A stretch of DNA of 50,013 bases from Fervidicoccaceae archaeon (GCA_038734945.1 JAVYOA010000002.1:372001-422013); one strand, 5' to 3'; counted from the first letter of the stretch, positions 27,796-37,809 are shown. Translations and numbers: made by a program. Notes: generated by a model from the letters alone, not told the origin.

Positions 27796-29574
27796 TCAGG
27801 TCTCCTGAGATGCAGTGAAGCTAGAATAGGTTGCTTTATAGAGAGGATGTATCCTGAGCTCCTTGATGTTGGGTACATATTTATCGCTGACCCCATATTT
27901 GTGCCCCCGCCACTTCTTCGACCATTCATCTAAGGACATGCCGTTTTTCTTCAGGATAGAATCTCTGTATATATCGCTAAGGACGTTGTATGCGCAGAAA
28001 GGTATCACTCGTCCATCGGGAGAGGTGTAATGTATGTTGCATCTCATAACTCTCTGTACATCGTAGTTGTATTGATCCATGAAGTGCATGAGTCCCAGGA
28101 ATAGTAAGCTGTAGTGGAGCTCTCCGAGAGCATCATAGCTCCTCTCTCTTATTACTCTCATCAGCAGCTTGCTGATGCTCGCACCATTTGGTAAGTTATC
28201 CCTTATTATATAATCTCCAAGGTGTCTCAGGGAGGAAATGAGGCTCAAATATGTCATAACCTTACCTGCTCTCTCCAGCTTTTCTCTTCTCTCATCAAGA
28301 AAGTTGAGGAATCCATCAACATCGATGAAGTCCGTAATCGAGTAGAATCTCCTGAATTTTCCTCTCTCGTCTCTATCCACAATTACATATGTAGCTGCTC
28401 CACAAGCAATGTGGTTTGCCATGAGAAACTGCTCTCTCTTAGTAACAGCCTCTATGAATTCGGCAAATTTTGCTGCAACAGGAATGGGATACCAGGAGCT
28501 TGCCTTTATCTGACCGTCAGTCTGCCTTTCAATTCTCTCTATAACGTCTGGAATAGTTATTCTGAACTTGTCCAATTCGTGCTTCTTCATTCTTCCTGTA
28601 AGGCTGACTGGTTGAAAGTTCACCGCTCTGACTATATCCATGTTCTCAGCAGCAAATCTCACTATGTTCCCTAGGTCATTGTCGTTTATGCTCTTTATTA
28701 CTGTTGGAACAAGAACAACGCTCGTCATTCCGGCTTTTCGAAAAGCATCGAATATGAATGGTATATCCCAGTGATTTTTGGGATTTGTTTTTGGATTCGT
28801 TCCGTCGAAGCTCATGTAAACAGTGTTCACTCCCGCTTCCCTTAGCTCCCTGGCCCATTTTACAGCAAGCTCAGGATTCTTTCTGTAAACTTCTGCCAGA
28901 GGAATTCCTTCGGTGTTGAGCTGAATGTGCCTCACTCCTTCCTCCTTCATCATCCTGACTATATCCACTAGATCATCTCTCATGAGAGGTTCTCCACCAG
29001 TCAGCTGAATGACCAATGTTTTATGTTGCTTCTTCAGCTGCCTGACCTGCTCTCTAAGCTGCTCTATCGTGGGCTCATATACATACCCAACCCTCTCTGC
29101 AAAGAAGAAGCAATACCAGCACGAGAGATCACATCTATTTGTGACTACAATGTTAGCTAGGGCTGTGTGATTCTTATGCATTCCACAAAGTCCACATGAG
29201 AAGGGACAGGGAGCACTTACGGGCACATAAGAATACGTGCCTCTTCCCTCATCCTCATACTTCTGGAACCTGTAGTACATCTGGGCATTCCCATAGTAAA
29301 GATCCTCAAATGCTCCATGTTCCGGGCACTCCTTCCTTATAAATAGCTTTCCCTCTCTCTCAACTATGATTGCTGGTAAAAGCCTCTCGCAGATGGGACA
29401 GATGCTCTGTGTATGCTTGACAAGCTTCTCTCCGTCCTTCAATTTTGGCATTGGGCCTCCAATGTTTATAACCTTGCCCTCTATCTCAATCGATTTCCCC
29501 GCAAATCTGCTCACAGGCCTAAAAGCTTCCATTAGGTTGCTATCGCTTCTCGTGGATTCCGTAGCACCAGCCAT
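27796..29574 (-). CDS. tes: Tetraether lipid synthase (radical SAM, GDGT-MAS)
   Basis: SICPIC..KECPEHG, CPFSCGLC..H, TNRCDLSCWYCFF, GGEP, NFQPVS and RCNIHY..IPFCAYN. Confidence 0.88.
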   Translation of the reverse strand: MAGATESTRSDSNLMEAFRPVSRFAGKSIEIEGKVINIGGPMPKLKDGEKLVKHTQSICPICERLLPAIIVEREGKLFIRKECPEHGAFEDLYYGNAQMYYRFQKYEDEGRGTYSYVPVSAPCPFSCGLCGMHKNHTALANIVVTNRCDLSCWYCFFFAERVGYVYEPTIEQLREQVRQLKKQHKTLVIQLTGGEPLMRDDLVDIVRMMKEEGVRHIQLNTEGIPLAEVYRKNPELAVKWARELREAGVNTVYMSFDGTNPKTNPKNHWDIPFIFDAFRKAGMTSVVLVPTVIKSINDNDLGNIVRFAAENMDIVRAVNFQPVSLTGRMKKHELDKFRITIPDVIERIERQTDGQIKASSWYPIPVAAKFAEFIEAVTKREQFLMANHIACGAATYVIVDRDERGKFRRFYSITDFIDVDGFLNFLDERREKLERAGKVMTYLSLISSLRHLGDYIIRDNLPNGASISKLLMRVIRERSYDALGELHYSLLFLGLMHFMDQYNYDVQRVMRCNIHYTSPDGRVIPFCAYNVLSDIYRDSILKKNGMSLDEWSKKWRGHKYGVSDKYVPNIKELRIHPLYKATYSSFTASQET

Positions 29575-29770
29575 ATCTATCCCCAACAGTTCGAGATTTT
29601 AAGCAGACTCATGTAAAAGCTAGTCACATCTCCTTTAAAAATAAATTTACCTATATTTCCGTAAAAAAAGGGAAAACAGTTTTTCGAGTGACCGCTTGCT
29701 TCGATCGCAAATATTTAAAATGTTCTCAACGGATATAACCACAGCAGAAAGTAACTTTTCTGAATAGATA

Positions 29771-30358
29771 ATGAGCAGCAGGAGATGTAATGTGAGAAGG
29801 GAACCTTTCAATCTAATAGTAACACACTATCCAGGATATGATAATTATGTTGTTGCCAGGGAGAAGCTGAAAAAAGTTCTCGACAATGCCAGGATAGTTG
29901 ACACTTCGCAGAGCATTATTCTCTTGATAGTAGATGACCCATATGCAGCCATCGAGAAGATAAAGAGCTCTGAGGAAATGTCGTCCTCTCCGATATTGAG
30001 AGTTATTCCAGTTGATGCCGTAACAGATGTCTTTGTTGATAGGATAAGAGAAGTTGTTCATGAAATATTTCGTAGAAAGGCTTCACCAAATGACACGTTC
30101 AAGATCAAGATAGATGGAAGGGTGTATAAGAGGGAAGAGGGTGAAGTAGCGAGGATCCACAGGAATGAAGCTATTGAGCTCATTGCACATGGAATAGATA
30201 ATCCCGTTGATCTCGATTATCCTGACTGGTTGATTTATATAAAGACGCTGAGACTGTACAGAGCTACTGAGCTTTCTAGCATAACTATATGCAGAAGAGA
30301 TCAGATTCTGAGCTTTGCTCCAAAGGAGGAGGAGGTTGAGAAGAGTGAGGAGCTCTAA
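29771..30358 (+). CDS. Stand-alone THUMP-domain protein
   Basis: ILRVIPVD, TFKIKI and VDLDYPD motifs. Confidence 0.8.
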   Translation: MSSRRCNVRREPFNLIVTHYPGYDNYVVAREKLKKVLDNARIVDTSQSIILLIVDDPYAAIEKIKSSEEMSSSPILRVIPVDAVTDVFVDRIREVVHEIFRRKASPNDTFKIKIDGRVYKREEGEVARIHRNEAIELIAHGIDNPVDLDYPDWLIYIKTLRLYRATELSSITICRRDQILSFAPKEEEVEKSEEL

Positions 30359-31760
30359 GCTCTTCGGAACTGCGGGGATTAGGGGAAGATACTTAGACAA
30401 GGTCAGGCCAGGGCTTGCCTATGATATAGGAGTGAGCGTGGCAGCCCATGTGGGAGGAAGGGGGACGATAACCATAGGTCACGATGTTAGGACCACAAGC
30501 CCACTGCTCGCGCTAAGTGCAGGATCGGGAGTGATGAGCGGAGGAGTAGATGCTATATTCCTTGGCCTCGTTCCAACCCCAGTTCTCGCGTACAGCGTCC
30601 CCCACACGAAGAGCAAGGCTGGCATAATGATAACTGCAAGCCATAATCCTCCTCCTGACAATGGAATAAAGGTATTCCAGTATAACGGAATGGAATATAC
30701 CGAGAGAATGGAGGAAGAGCTTGAGCTTCTCATGCAGGTCAAATCCAAGTTCCACGCCACTTGGGATCAGGTGGGAAGGCTAATTGATGCTGCAGAAGTT
30801 GGAGAGGACTATGTGGATGAGATTTCCAGTGTTCTGAGACCCAGGAGCATAAAGTATGTTCCCAAAATATATATAGATTGCAGCAATGGTGCTGCCAGTA
30901 ACTACACTCCGAGAATTCTGAGGAAGATGGGGGCAAAGGTCTTTTCAGCGAACTGTCATCCTGATGGCTATTTTCCTGGGCATGAGCCGGAGCCAAGACA
31001 GGATGTCCTTGAGCCTTTTCTGCCAGTTGCTGCATCCCTCTCTCCAGATGTCATAATGGCTCACGATGGCGACGCTGATAGGCTTGCTGCTCTCACCACA
31101 AGAAGGGGGTTCATAAAGCAGGACATATTAATAGCTCTCTACTCAAAACACAAGCTCATGGAAGGGAAGGGAACAATAATTGTGAGCATTGATGTTGGGA
31201 ACAGCGTTGTCGATATCGCAGACAAGTACGGAGGAAGAATTGTGAGATCAAAGCTAGGAAAGATTCATGAAAAGCTGCTTGAGCATCCAGGAGCTCTTCT
31301 TGCCGCTGAGCCATGGAAGCTAATAGATCCAATGTGGGGATTCTGGGTGGATGGAATTTATCAGGCAACGCTGCTGACAAAGCTCATGATGGAAGAGGGT
31401 GTTACAATGGATGAGCTCCTCTCAGATATTCCAACATATCCGTGGGCTAGGTTGAGCATCCCAATCATTGATGATGCTGAAAAGCATGAGGAGTTCTATG
31501 AAAGATTGAAGGAAAAGTTCGTATCAAGCATGGGGGAGTATGAAACCATGACAACGCTTGATGGGGTAAGGCTGGACTTTTCGGATAAGAGCTGGGTTCT
31601 TATAAGGATGAGCGGCACTGAGCCAAAGGTCAGAGTTTATATTGAGGGGAACGAGAACAAAAGAGTTGATGAGCTCATAGAGAAGTCAATGGAAATAACC
31701 AAGAAAACGGCAGAGGAGCTTGGACTGAAGCTTGAGGCACCAACTATAAATAGGGGATGA
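30345..31760 (+). CDS. Phosphohexomutase (PGM/PMM/GlmM family)
   Basis: LFGTAGIRG, TASHNP, DGDADR and RMSGTEP motifs. Confidence 0.92.
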   Translation: MRSSKLFGTAGIRGRYLDKVRPGLAYDIGVSVAAHVGGRGTITIGHDVRTTSPLLALSAGSGVMSGGVDAIFLGLVPTPVLAYSVPHTKSKAGIMITASHNPPPDNGIKVFQYNGMEYTERMEEELELLMQVKSKFHATWDQVGRLIDAAEVGEDYVDEISSVLRPRSIKYVPKIYIDCSNGAASNYTPRILRKMGAKVFSANCHPDGYFPGHEPEPRQDVLEPFLPVAASLSPDVIMAHDGDADRLAALTTRRGFIKQDILIALYSKHKLMEGKGTIIVSIDVGNSVVDIADKYGGRIVRSKLGKIHEKLLEHPGALLAAEPWKLIDPMWGFWVDGIYQATLLTKLMMEEGVTMDELLSDIPTYPWARLSIPIIDDAEKHEEFYERLKEKFVSSMGEYETMTTLDGVRLDFSDKSWVLIRMSGTEPKVRVYIEGNENKRVDELIEKSMEITKKTAEELGLKLEAPTINRG

Positions 31761-31761
31761 G

Positions 31762-32379
31762 CTAAGGAGGATTTCCTATCAGCTGAGCAACGTTTCCCTG
31801 TATGTTCTCAACTATTCCCTGTCTAATCATTCCAACAGCTATCGCTAGAAGGATCATGGAGAACAGCTTTATCAGAAAAATGCTGCCTTTCCTTCCAAAC
31901 AGGTTGAAGAGCTTCTCTCCAGCAAGAAGTATCAATAGAGCAATAAGGCCGTCTATTAGTATTGCTAGCAGAGATGTTGATAGTCCCCAGCTATACTTTA
32001 TGTAGATCACAGTTGTGATTGAGCCTGGTCCCGCAAGAAGCGGTGTAGCCAGAGGGACTATAGCAAGCGAATCTCTCTCCTTAACGAGCTCGACCTCAGT
32101 GTTTCCGAAAACACCCCACAGACCATATACAAAAAGGATGATGCCTCCTGCTATTCTGAAATCTGATGTAGTTATGCCGAAGTACCTGAAGAAGGGCTCA
32201 CCGAAGAATGCGAAGAATATTAGGAGAGAAACTGCTATGATTATACTGTTTAATATCGTCCTCCTTCTCTCCCCCTCTTCCATATCCTTTGTATAGCCAT
32301 AGAAGAGAGGGGCGTTTCCAATGGGATCAAGAATTATGAAGAGCATGATTATAGATTGAATCAGATATGTAAGATTCAA
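31762..32379 (-). CDS. MarC-family membrane protein
   Basis: LDPIGN and IVPLATPLLAGPGSI motifs; likely TTG start at 32379. Confidence 0.9.
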   Translation of the reverse strand: MNLTYLIQSIIMLFIILDPIGNAPLFYGYTKDMEEGERRRTILNSIIIAVSLLIFFAFFGEPFFRYFGITTSDFRIAGGIILFVYGLWGVFGNTEVELVKERDSLAIVPLATPLLAGPGSITTVIYIKYSWGLSTSLLAILIDGLIALLILLAGEKLFNLFGRKGSIFLIKLFSMILLAIAVGMIRQGIVENIQGNVAQLIGNPP

Positions 32380-32384
32380 GTAGA

Positions 32385-32723
32385 TCACCTGCACACCTTC
32401 TCTTTGATTGCTTCTTCTTCGCTGGAAATGCAGCTGAATATACATTCTCCAAAGCACTGGGATTCTCTACTCCCACATTTTTCTTCACACAGAGCGATGC
32501 AGTTCTTCTCCTTCAGCTTTAGTATCAGCAATGATGCCTCCCCTTCCTCTAGCTTCACTATTTTGCTTTCCAGAAGGTCACTTAGCTCTTCCTTGAGAAC
32601 TACTCTTCTCACCGCCTCGAAATCGACGAGCCTTGAGTCGAAGATGACTGAATGGGTTGGGCTTGAGATCCCTAAGCATAGCCTCTTTCTTATTTCATCT
32701 TCTTCCTTGAGAACCTCTCTCAA
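32385..32723 (-). CDS. Hypothetical protein with Cys-rich C-terminus
   Basis: Sits in operon between the AIR-synthase-like gene and marC. Confidence 0.55.
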   Translation of the reverse strand: MREVLKEEDEIRKRLCLGISSPTHSVIFDSRLVDFEAVRRVVLKEELSDLLESKIVKLEEGEASLLILKLKEKNCIALCEEKCGSRESQCFGECIFSCISSEEEAIKEKVCR

Positions 32724-33726
32724 TCTCTTCCAGCCTCTCTATGAAGTTGTCCTGGGGAAGCTCTTCCACAATTTTCTCAGCAACTTCTCCCCTTTTTATA
32801 TATAGCTTTCTTTCCCTTCTTTCGGTTACCTTTCCTATTATGGAAGCCTCTACCCCAATGCTGGACAGCTTGCTCAGAGCATCATTTATTCTGCTCTTGG
32901 GAACAGCAGCAAGAAGTGTCCCACTGGAAAGGGAAAAGAGGGGATCGGCGCCAAGTGCGCCCAATATCTTTTCTGTCAAGCTGAATATGGGGATCTGATT
33001 TCTATCTATCTCAACAGCCCAGCCAGAGGCATAGGAAAGCTCGAATGCTGCGGCTGCTATCCCTCCTTCTGTGGCATCATGCATTGCATGGGCTAATTTT
33101 TCAGAAGAGAGAGCAATTGCTTCGGGGACAACAGAAATCTTCTCTATCAATTTTTTTGCTTCTTCCAGCTCCATCCTTGAGAAACCCCTTTCTATCAAGA
33201 ATTTCTCGAGATCATAGGCTGCGATAGATGTTGCTTCCATTGCAGCTCGCTTAGTCATTATAACTAGGTCTCCCGGCATGGCTGCTGAGGTCGGAGTGAT
33301 TGACTCCCTCGATCCTATTCCCAGTGCTGTAATCGAAATGAGCGGCCTAGTTACAGCATCGCTGTACTCCGTATGTCCTCCAATAAGCGATCCTCCAATT
33401 TCCGAGAGAGCTCTTCTCATGTCCGACGCGATCTCAATAATCCTTTCGTCCTCAGTGGATTCGGGAAGAATAATCGTGGCAAGGAACCAAAGAGGTTTAA
33501 CTCCGCTTGACGCTATGTCATTGGCAGCAACATGAATGGATAGCCACCCAATCCTGGTATGAGCTGCTGTTATTGGATCGGAGTGAGCTGCCAATATTTC
33601 GCTTTCGCTAACATCAACTACTCCTGCATCCTCCCCAACCATTGGTGGCAAAATAACTCTAATGCCAGAGCCTATGTCGAAGAAAAAAGCTCTTTGGAGC
33701 AGTCTTATTGGGAGCTTTCCTGGCAA
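32695..33726 (-). CDS. AIR synthase-related (HypE/ThiL/PurM superfamily) protein
   Basis: GEDAGV, SDPIT, AANDIA, GGHTE and HDATEGG motifs. Confidence 0.88.
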   Translation of the reverse strand: MPGKLPIRLLQRAFFFDIGSGIRVILPPMVGEDAGVVDVSESEILAAHSDPITAAHTRIGWLSIHVAANDIASSGVKPLWFLATIILPESTEDERIIEIASDMRRALSEIGGSLIGGHTEYSDAVTRPLISITALGIGSRESITPTSAAMPGDLVIMTKRAAMEATSIAAYDLEKFLIERGFSRMELEEAKKLIEKISVVPEAIALSSEKLAHAMHDATEGGIAAAAFELSYASGWAVEIDRNQIPIFSLTEKILGALGADPLFSLSSGTLLAAVPKSRINDALSKLSSIGVEASIIGKVTERRERKLYIKRGEVAEKIVEELPQDNFIERLEEIERGSQGRR

Positions 33727-33737
33727 CTCAAATCACT

Positions 33738-34340
33738 TCATAGCTCCACATTTGCATGCCTGGTTTTAAGATCTAGCTCTCTCTTATTCAATCTATACAT
33801 GAGTCCTCCTATTATACCATCAAGAACAACCATTGCCGTGTCCTCGAAAAGAGTTCCTAGCGGTGCCAAGGGCTCATGCAGGCCGAGTATCTGCCTGGAG
33901 AAATAATCCTTCTCCTCTGCGAGCTTCGTTCTACCAGGTATTCTCAATATGAAATCTGCTATCTGCCCAAGAGGGCTGTCAGGATATGATGTTACAGCAA
34001 ATACAAGCGCTCCCACTCTCTTTGCAGCTCTGGCAGCAGTGACAATCAGCTCAGTGGAGCCTGAGCCGCTTATAGCTATCACAGCATCTCCTGCGGCTAT
34101 GCTCGGGGTTATTGTGTCCCCAAGTACATAGCTATTGAATCCTAGATGCATGAGCCTCATAGCAAAGGCTCTACCAACTAATCCGCTTCTTCCTGCACCC
34201 ATTACCAGAACTTTCGCACCTTTATTGTATATATCAACAAGTTTCTGCGAAAAAATCTCAATATCCTTTCGGTCAAGCTCATCGATACTCCTGTCTATGA
34301 AAATGGCTATTTCCTTCATTGCTTCATATTCATAACTCAA
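33738..34340 (-). CDS. hxlB: 6-phospho-3-hexuloisomerase
   Basis: GAGRSG, FAMRLMHLG, ISGSGST, PLGTLFE and RHANVE motifs. Confidence 0.93.
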   Translation of the reverse strand: MSYEYEAMKEIAIFIDRSIDELDRKDIEIFSQKLVDIYNKGAKVLVMGAGRSGLVGRAFAMRLMHLGFNSYVLGDTITPSIAAGDAVIAISGSGSTELIVTAARAAKRVGALVFAVTSYPDSPLGQIADFILRIPGRTKLAEEKDYFSRQILGLHEPLAPLGTLFEDTAMVVLDGIIGGLMYRLNKRELDLKTRHANVEL

Positions 34341-34498
34341 GGCAAGATCCCGATCAATGTTCTATCTCAAAGCTATTTTATATTTTGATATTCGAAAGTG
34401 TGGGAATTGAGAACATTTATCATGCATTTACCGCTATGACTCCGTCTCCTATCTTAAAATGCATTTGCTAACAAAAAGATCTTTTGAGGATGATTCGC

Positions 34499-34843
34499 TT
34501 GAGTGAGGATGGATTGCTCGATAATCAAATCGGACAGAGAAGCGATGTTGTAGAAAAGTTCAGAGTTATGTTATCCAAGGAAGCAGAGGAGGCAAGAATA
34601 GATGCTATATCAACTGCCAAGCTAGCCATTTCGATTTATAAAAATGGGGAGAGAGAGCTGGCCCTCCTGGTCATCAGGGAGAGCATGAGAATAGCGAAAG
34701 GCTATGTGGAGCTAACTGAGAAAATAGGTGAGAACCAGGATAAATCCTACGACCTTCTGCTCGGTCTAGAAACGATTGAAGAGCTAATGAGGAGCGGAGA
34801 GAAGGTTGAGTATTTGAGGGGGATCTTGGAGGAGATAGCCTAG
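34499..34843 (+). CDS. Hypothetical helical protein
   Basis: ORF with SD-like GAGGATGA before TTG 34499. Confidence 0.6.
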   Translation: MSEDGLLDNQIGQRSDVVEKFRVMLSKEAEEARIDAISTAKLAISIYKNGERELALLVIRESMRIAKGYVELTEKIGENQDKSYDLLLGLETIEELMRSGEKVEYLRGILEEIA

Positions 34844-34873
34844 ACCTTTCCCTCAGATGGGGGTTTCCTTGAA

Positions 34874-35263
34874 TTGATTGAAAGTGTGAGAAGAGCGGAA
34901 ATTTCGAAGGACGATATTAGGGAAATGCTGGAGGCAGCTACAAGCGAAAAGCTGAATATAAGCTATTTGGAGATAGATGGGCTCGAGCTCTTCGTGGAAG
35001 CGATCTATGGAAACGGTCTCGTTCACATCTACATGCTGATCGACGAAGGTCAGATGAGAAGAGGAAAAATCCAGTTGAGAGGAATAATGGTATTCATCTC
35101 AGATCCGATATGTGCCACAATTTTCACATGGTTTATTCCTTCCTTCTCAAGCGATGTGGAGGTATATTTCTACAGCGATTGGACTGTCTTCTATATTTCC
35201 ACCCCAAGCATATTCGATTTGAAGAAAGCGGTATCAGCTGTGAGAATAGCGGTATCGAGTTGA
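34874..35263 (+). CDS. Hypothetical protein
   Basis: 129 aa ORF co-oriented with the previous gene. Confidence 0.55.
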   Translation: MIESVRRAEISKDDIREMLEAATSEKLNISYLEIDGLELFVEAIYGNGLVHIYMLIDEGQMRRGKIQLRGIMVFISDPICATIFTWFIPSFSSDVEVYFYSDWTVFYISTPSIFDLKKAVSAVRIAVSS

Positions 35264-35269
35264 GCAGAA

Positions 35270-35488
35270 TCAAGAAATCTCTTTTCCAATCTTTTTGGAG
35301 AAGTCGAAAACTGTTATGGAAACGATTGAGTTATTCTTTATTCTCAGAACGATGTCATTTTCCAGCAATATCTCCTCATCTGCATCCTCAATTTCATATC
35401 CGAAGTTGATGTACAGTATATCGTTTCTATTATCATATTCAAACCAAATTTTGTTGATATCGCCTAGTGGAAGCTTTTTTCCTTCCAT
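35270..35488 (-). CDS. DUF2283-family protein
   Basis: YDNRNDILYINF..IVSITVFDFSK. Confidence 0.8.
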   Translation of the reverse strand: MEGKKLPLGDINKIWFEYDNRNDILYINFGYEIEDADEEILLENDIVLRIKNNSIVSITVFDFSKKIGKEIS

Positions 35489-35511
35489 GGCAGTTTCTCC
35501 TCTTCAGGAGC

Positions 35512-35775
35512 TCAGCCACTCGAAGCCCTCTTCTCCTTCAGCTCTCTCAGCTCTCTCTCTATAGTGCTCAGCCTCTTCTCCACGTTCTCTATGTGCATTG
35601 AAAGATGATTTATGGCATCAACTATGGCATTTAGAGCATCAACCAGATCAGCCTCACCGTGCTCATGTGAATGCTCATGTTCATGCTCCATTTCTGGATG
35701 TGTTTCCATTACTTCTTGAACAATTTTCTCCATATCATCTTCTTTTTTTGGTATTGTTAACCTCATTTTACCCAT
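35512..35775 (-). CDS. Small His-rich coiled-coil protein
   Basis: HPEMEHEHEHSHEH followed by heptad repeats. Confidence 0.65.
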   Translation of the reverse strand: MGKMRLTIPKKEDDMEKIVQEVMETHPEMEHEHEHSHEHGEADLVDALNAIVDAINHLSMHIENVEKRLSTIERELRELKEKRASSG

Positions 35776-35813
35776 TGCTATGACACCATGCCTTCAAGTT
35801 CAGGAATTGGAGG

Positions 35814-35887
35814 GGCCGCCGCCGGGGTTTGAACCCGGGACCTCCGGATCCACAGTCCGGCGCTCTTCCAGCTGAGCTACGGCGGCC
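35814..35887 (-). tRNA. tRNA-His (GUG), intronless, genome-encoded G-1, CCA not fully encoded
   Basis: Cloverleaf: acceptor GCCGCCG/CGGCGGC, anticodon loop CTGTGGA, T-loop TTCAAAC, discriminator C. Confidence 0.97.
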
Positions 35888-35893
35888 AATGTA

Positions 35894-35951
35894 CTTCTCA
35901 TTGGCCATCGATCTTCATTGCTTGCGCTCAGTTGCGGCCCCTTAGAGATGC
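35894..35951 (-). ncRNA. Candidate box C/D sRNA upstream of tRNA-His
   Basis: D' CUGA, GC-GCAA-GC hairpin, C' AUGAAGA, D AUGA; C box degenerate. Confidence 0.5.
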
Positions 35952-35980
35952 GATTACCAATTATTTTTTAGCATAATGGG

Positions 35981-35990
35981 ATTATAAAAG
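35981..35990 (-). promoter_or_regulatory. TATA box (CTTTTATAAT) for the sRNA-tRNA-His unit
   Basis: Nearest clear TATA upstream of the tRNA, about 30 nt before the sRNA candidate. Confidence 0.45.
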
Positions 35991-36085
35991 TATGAGAGTA
36001 GGGAAAGGAATATCTCATAAAAATATTCCAACGATTAGATTAAATAATAAGCGAGAATATTATGAAAGAATGAGGGCAAACAATC

Positions 36086-36436
36086 TTGTCCTTCTTCAGA
36101 AGAGGGCGGGCTGGCAAGGAAAAAAAGCCCGTGTATGAGGAGGTAAGCCAAAGTGAGCTGCTTTACTCGAAGAGAAAATTTGGTCTCGTTGTGGTTAGAG
36201 GGACAGTTAGCGGAAAACCAAAGCTTCTTACGATGAGGGGAATTTTTGGAGGAATGGCCCACGAGCACACAACTGTTTTCAGCTTGGAAAAGGGGGTCAA
36301 TGTGTATTTTCCCGGAATTGCCTTTCTAAAGGATGGGGAGGAAGTCTCTGTATATGGCAGGTTCACTCCCCCAAACTCTCTGGCTGCATCAAAAATAGAA
36401 ACCAAAAATGTAACATATGAGCTTCAGTTGGAGTGA
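36086..36436 (+). CDS. Hypothetical protein (possible OB fold)
   Basis: Beta-rich pattern VVRGTV..GEEVSVYG..ASKIE. Confidence 0.6.
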   Translation: MSFFRRGRAGKEKKPVYEEVSQSELLYSKRKFGLVVVRGTVSGKPKLLTMRGIFGGMAHEHTTVFSLEKGVNVYFPGIAFLKDGEEVSVYGRFTPPNSLAASKIETKNVTYELQLE

Positions 36437-37809
36437 GGAGATGTCCCTTGTACAAAACTGGAAGAAATATGCCAGCTTACCTTTCTCTCCTGCTCGAGCA
36501 CTCTCTCAGAGCACTTGACATAGGAAGCATGCTGGAAAAAAGGCTAAGCTTTGATGGAAGAACCTTGACTATCACTAACAGGGAAGGCAGGATTTTGGGC
36601 TCACATGAAATTGACAATGGTAAAGTGATTTTGATAGCGCTTGGTAAAGCTTCTCAGAGCATGACGAAATCTATGATGAAAGTAATGGGTGAAAGGGTTA
36701 GCAAAGCTATTGTGGTTTTTCCTGAGGACCAAAATCTTCTCCTGGAACCCAAGGACAATATAACAGTGATCCCTTCTTCCCATCCGGTTCCATCCAACAA
36801 GAGCATATTAGCAGCAAGAGTGATAAAAGAGGCATTGTCTGGATTGAGTTCTAGCGACACTGCGATTTTCTTGATATCTGGCGGAGGCTCTTCTCTCGTC
36901 GAGGAGCCCATTCAAGGAATATCGCTCGATGAGTTGGTTAGAACATATTCCCTGCTTCTCAGCTCAGGAGCTAATATAAAGGAGGTTAACACGGTCAGAA
37001 AGCATATTTCTTCAGTAAAGGGAGGAAGGCTCGCTGAGCTGGCTCATCCAGCGAAAGTTATAGCACTGATTGCGAGCGATGTTCCAGGCAACGATGAGAG
37101 CTTTATAGCAAGTGGTCCAACTGCACCCGATCCCACAACCTACCAGGATGCTCTCGAGATCCTGAAGTTCTATGAGCTGGAGGAAGAGGTTCCTTCAGCA
37201 GTTCTTAAGGTGCTGAGAGATGGTGCCATGGGCAAACTTCAGGAGACTCCGAAGCCTGGAGACCACATTTTCTCCAATACATGGAATTACATAGTTGCAT
37301 CCCCATTTGATTTGGCCAAGGCTGTAGAGGAGAGGGCAAGACAGCTCGGGTTTAATGCATATGTATTAACAACGAGGATTGAGGGAGAAAGTCGTGAGCT
37401 TGCTAAGGCTATTTCATCTGTTGCTTTGGACACGCTAAAGGGCTTCACGTCGTTTCAGAGACCGGCTGTTTTGATTCTTGCAGGAGAACCAAGCGTGAAG
37501 GTGAGGGGAAGAGGAAAAGGTGGAAGAGCTACAGAGCTCATAGCATGGCTCTCTCGAGAGATTGATGGGGCAAGAGGAATATCTGCTTTCGCAATAGATA
37601 CTGATGGTAAAGATGGTAGTAGCGATGCAGCTGGAGCATTTGCAGATTGGAACACATGGAGCGAGCTGGTCAGGATCTTTGGTAGAAAGGTCATTCAAAT
37701 GTTGAACAGCAATGACTCCTTCTCTGTGCTCGATTCTACTGGATACACTATTAGAACAGGACCTACCGGTTCAAATTTGAATAACTTGATATGTCTAATC
37801 ATTGAATAA
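36433..37809 (+). CDS. Glycerate 2-kinase (MOFRL family)
   Basis: GKAS, SHPVP, ISGGGSSL, SDVPG, IASGPT, DTDGKDG and TGPTGSN motifs. Confidence 0.92.
   Translation: MRRCPLYKTGRNMPAYLSLLLEHSLRALDIGSMLEKRLSFDGRTLTITNREGRILGSHEIDNGKVILIALGKASQSMTKSMMKVMGERVSKAIVVFPEDQNLLLEPKDNITVIPSSHPVPSNKSILAARVIKEALSGLSSSDTAIFLISGGGSSLVEEPIQGISLDELVRTYSLLLSSGANIKEVNTVRKHISSVKGGRLAELAHPAKVIALIASDVPGNDESFIASGPTAPDPTTYQDALEILKFYELEEEVPSAVLKVLRDGAMGKLQETPKPGDHIFSNTWNYIVASPFDLAKAVEERARQLGFNAYVLTTRIEGESRELAKAISSVALDTLKGFTSFQRPAVLILAGEPSVKVRGRGKGGRATELIAWLSREIDGARGISAFAIDTDGKDGSSDAAGAFADWNTWSELVRIFGRKVIQMLNSNDSFSVLDSTGYTIRTGPTGSNLNNLICLIIE

Noticed and set aside
34484..35890. Integrated element at tRNA-His
   Set aside because: No integrase and no duplicated tRNA end (att site) in the window
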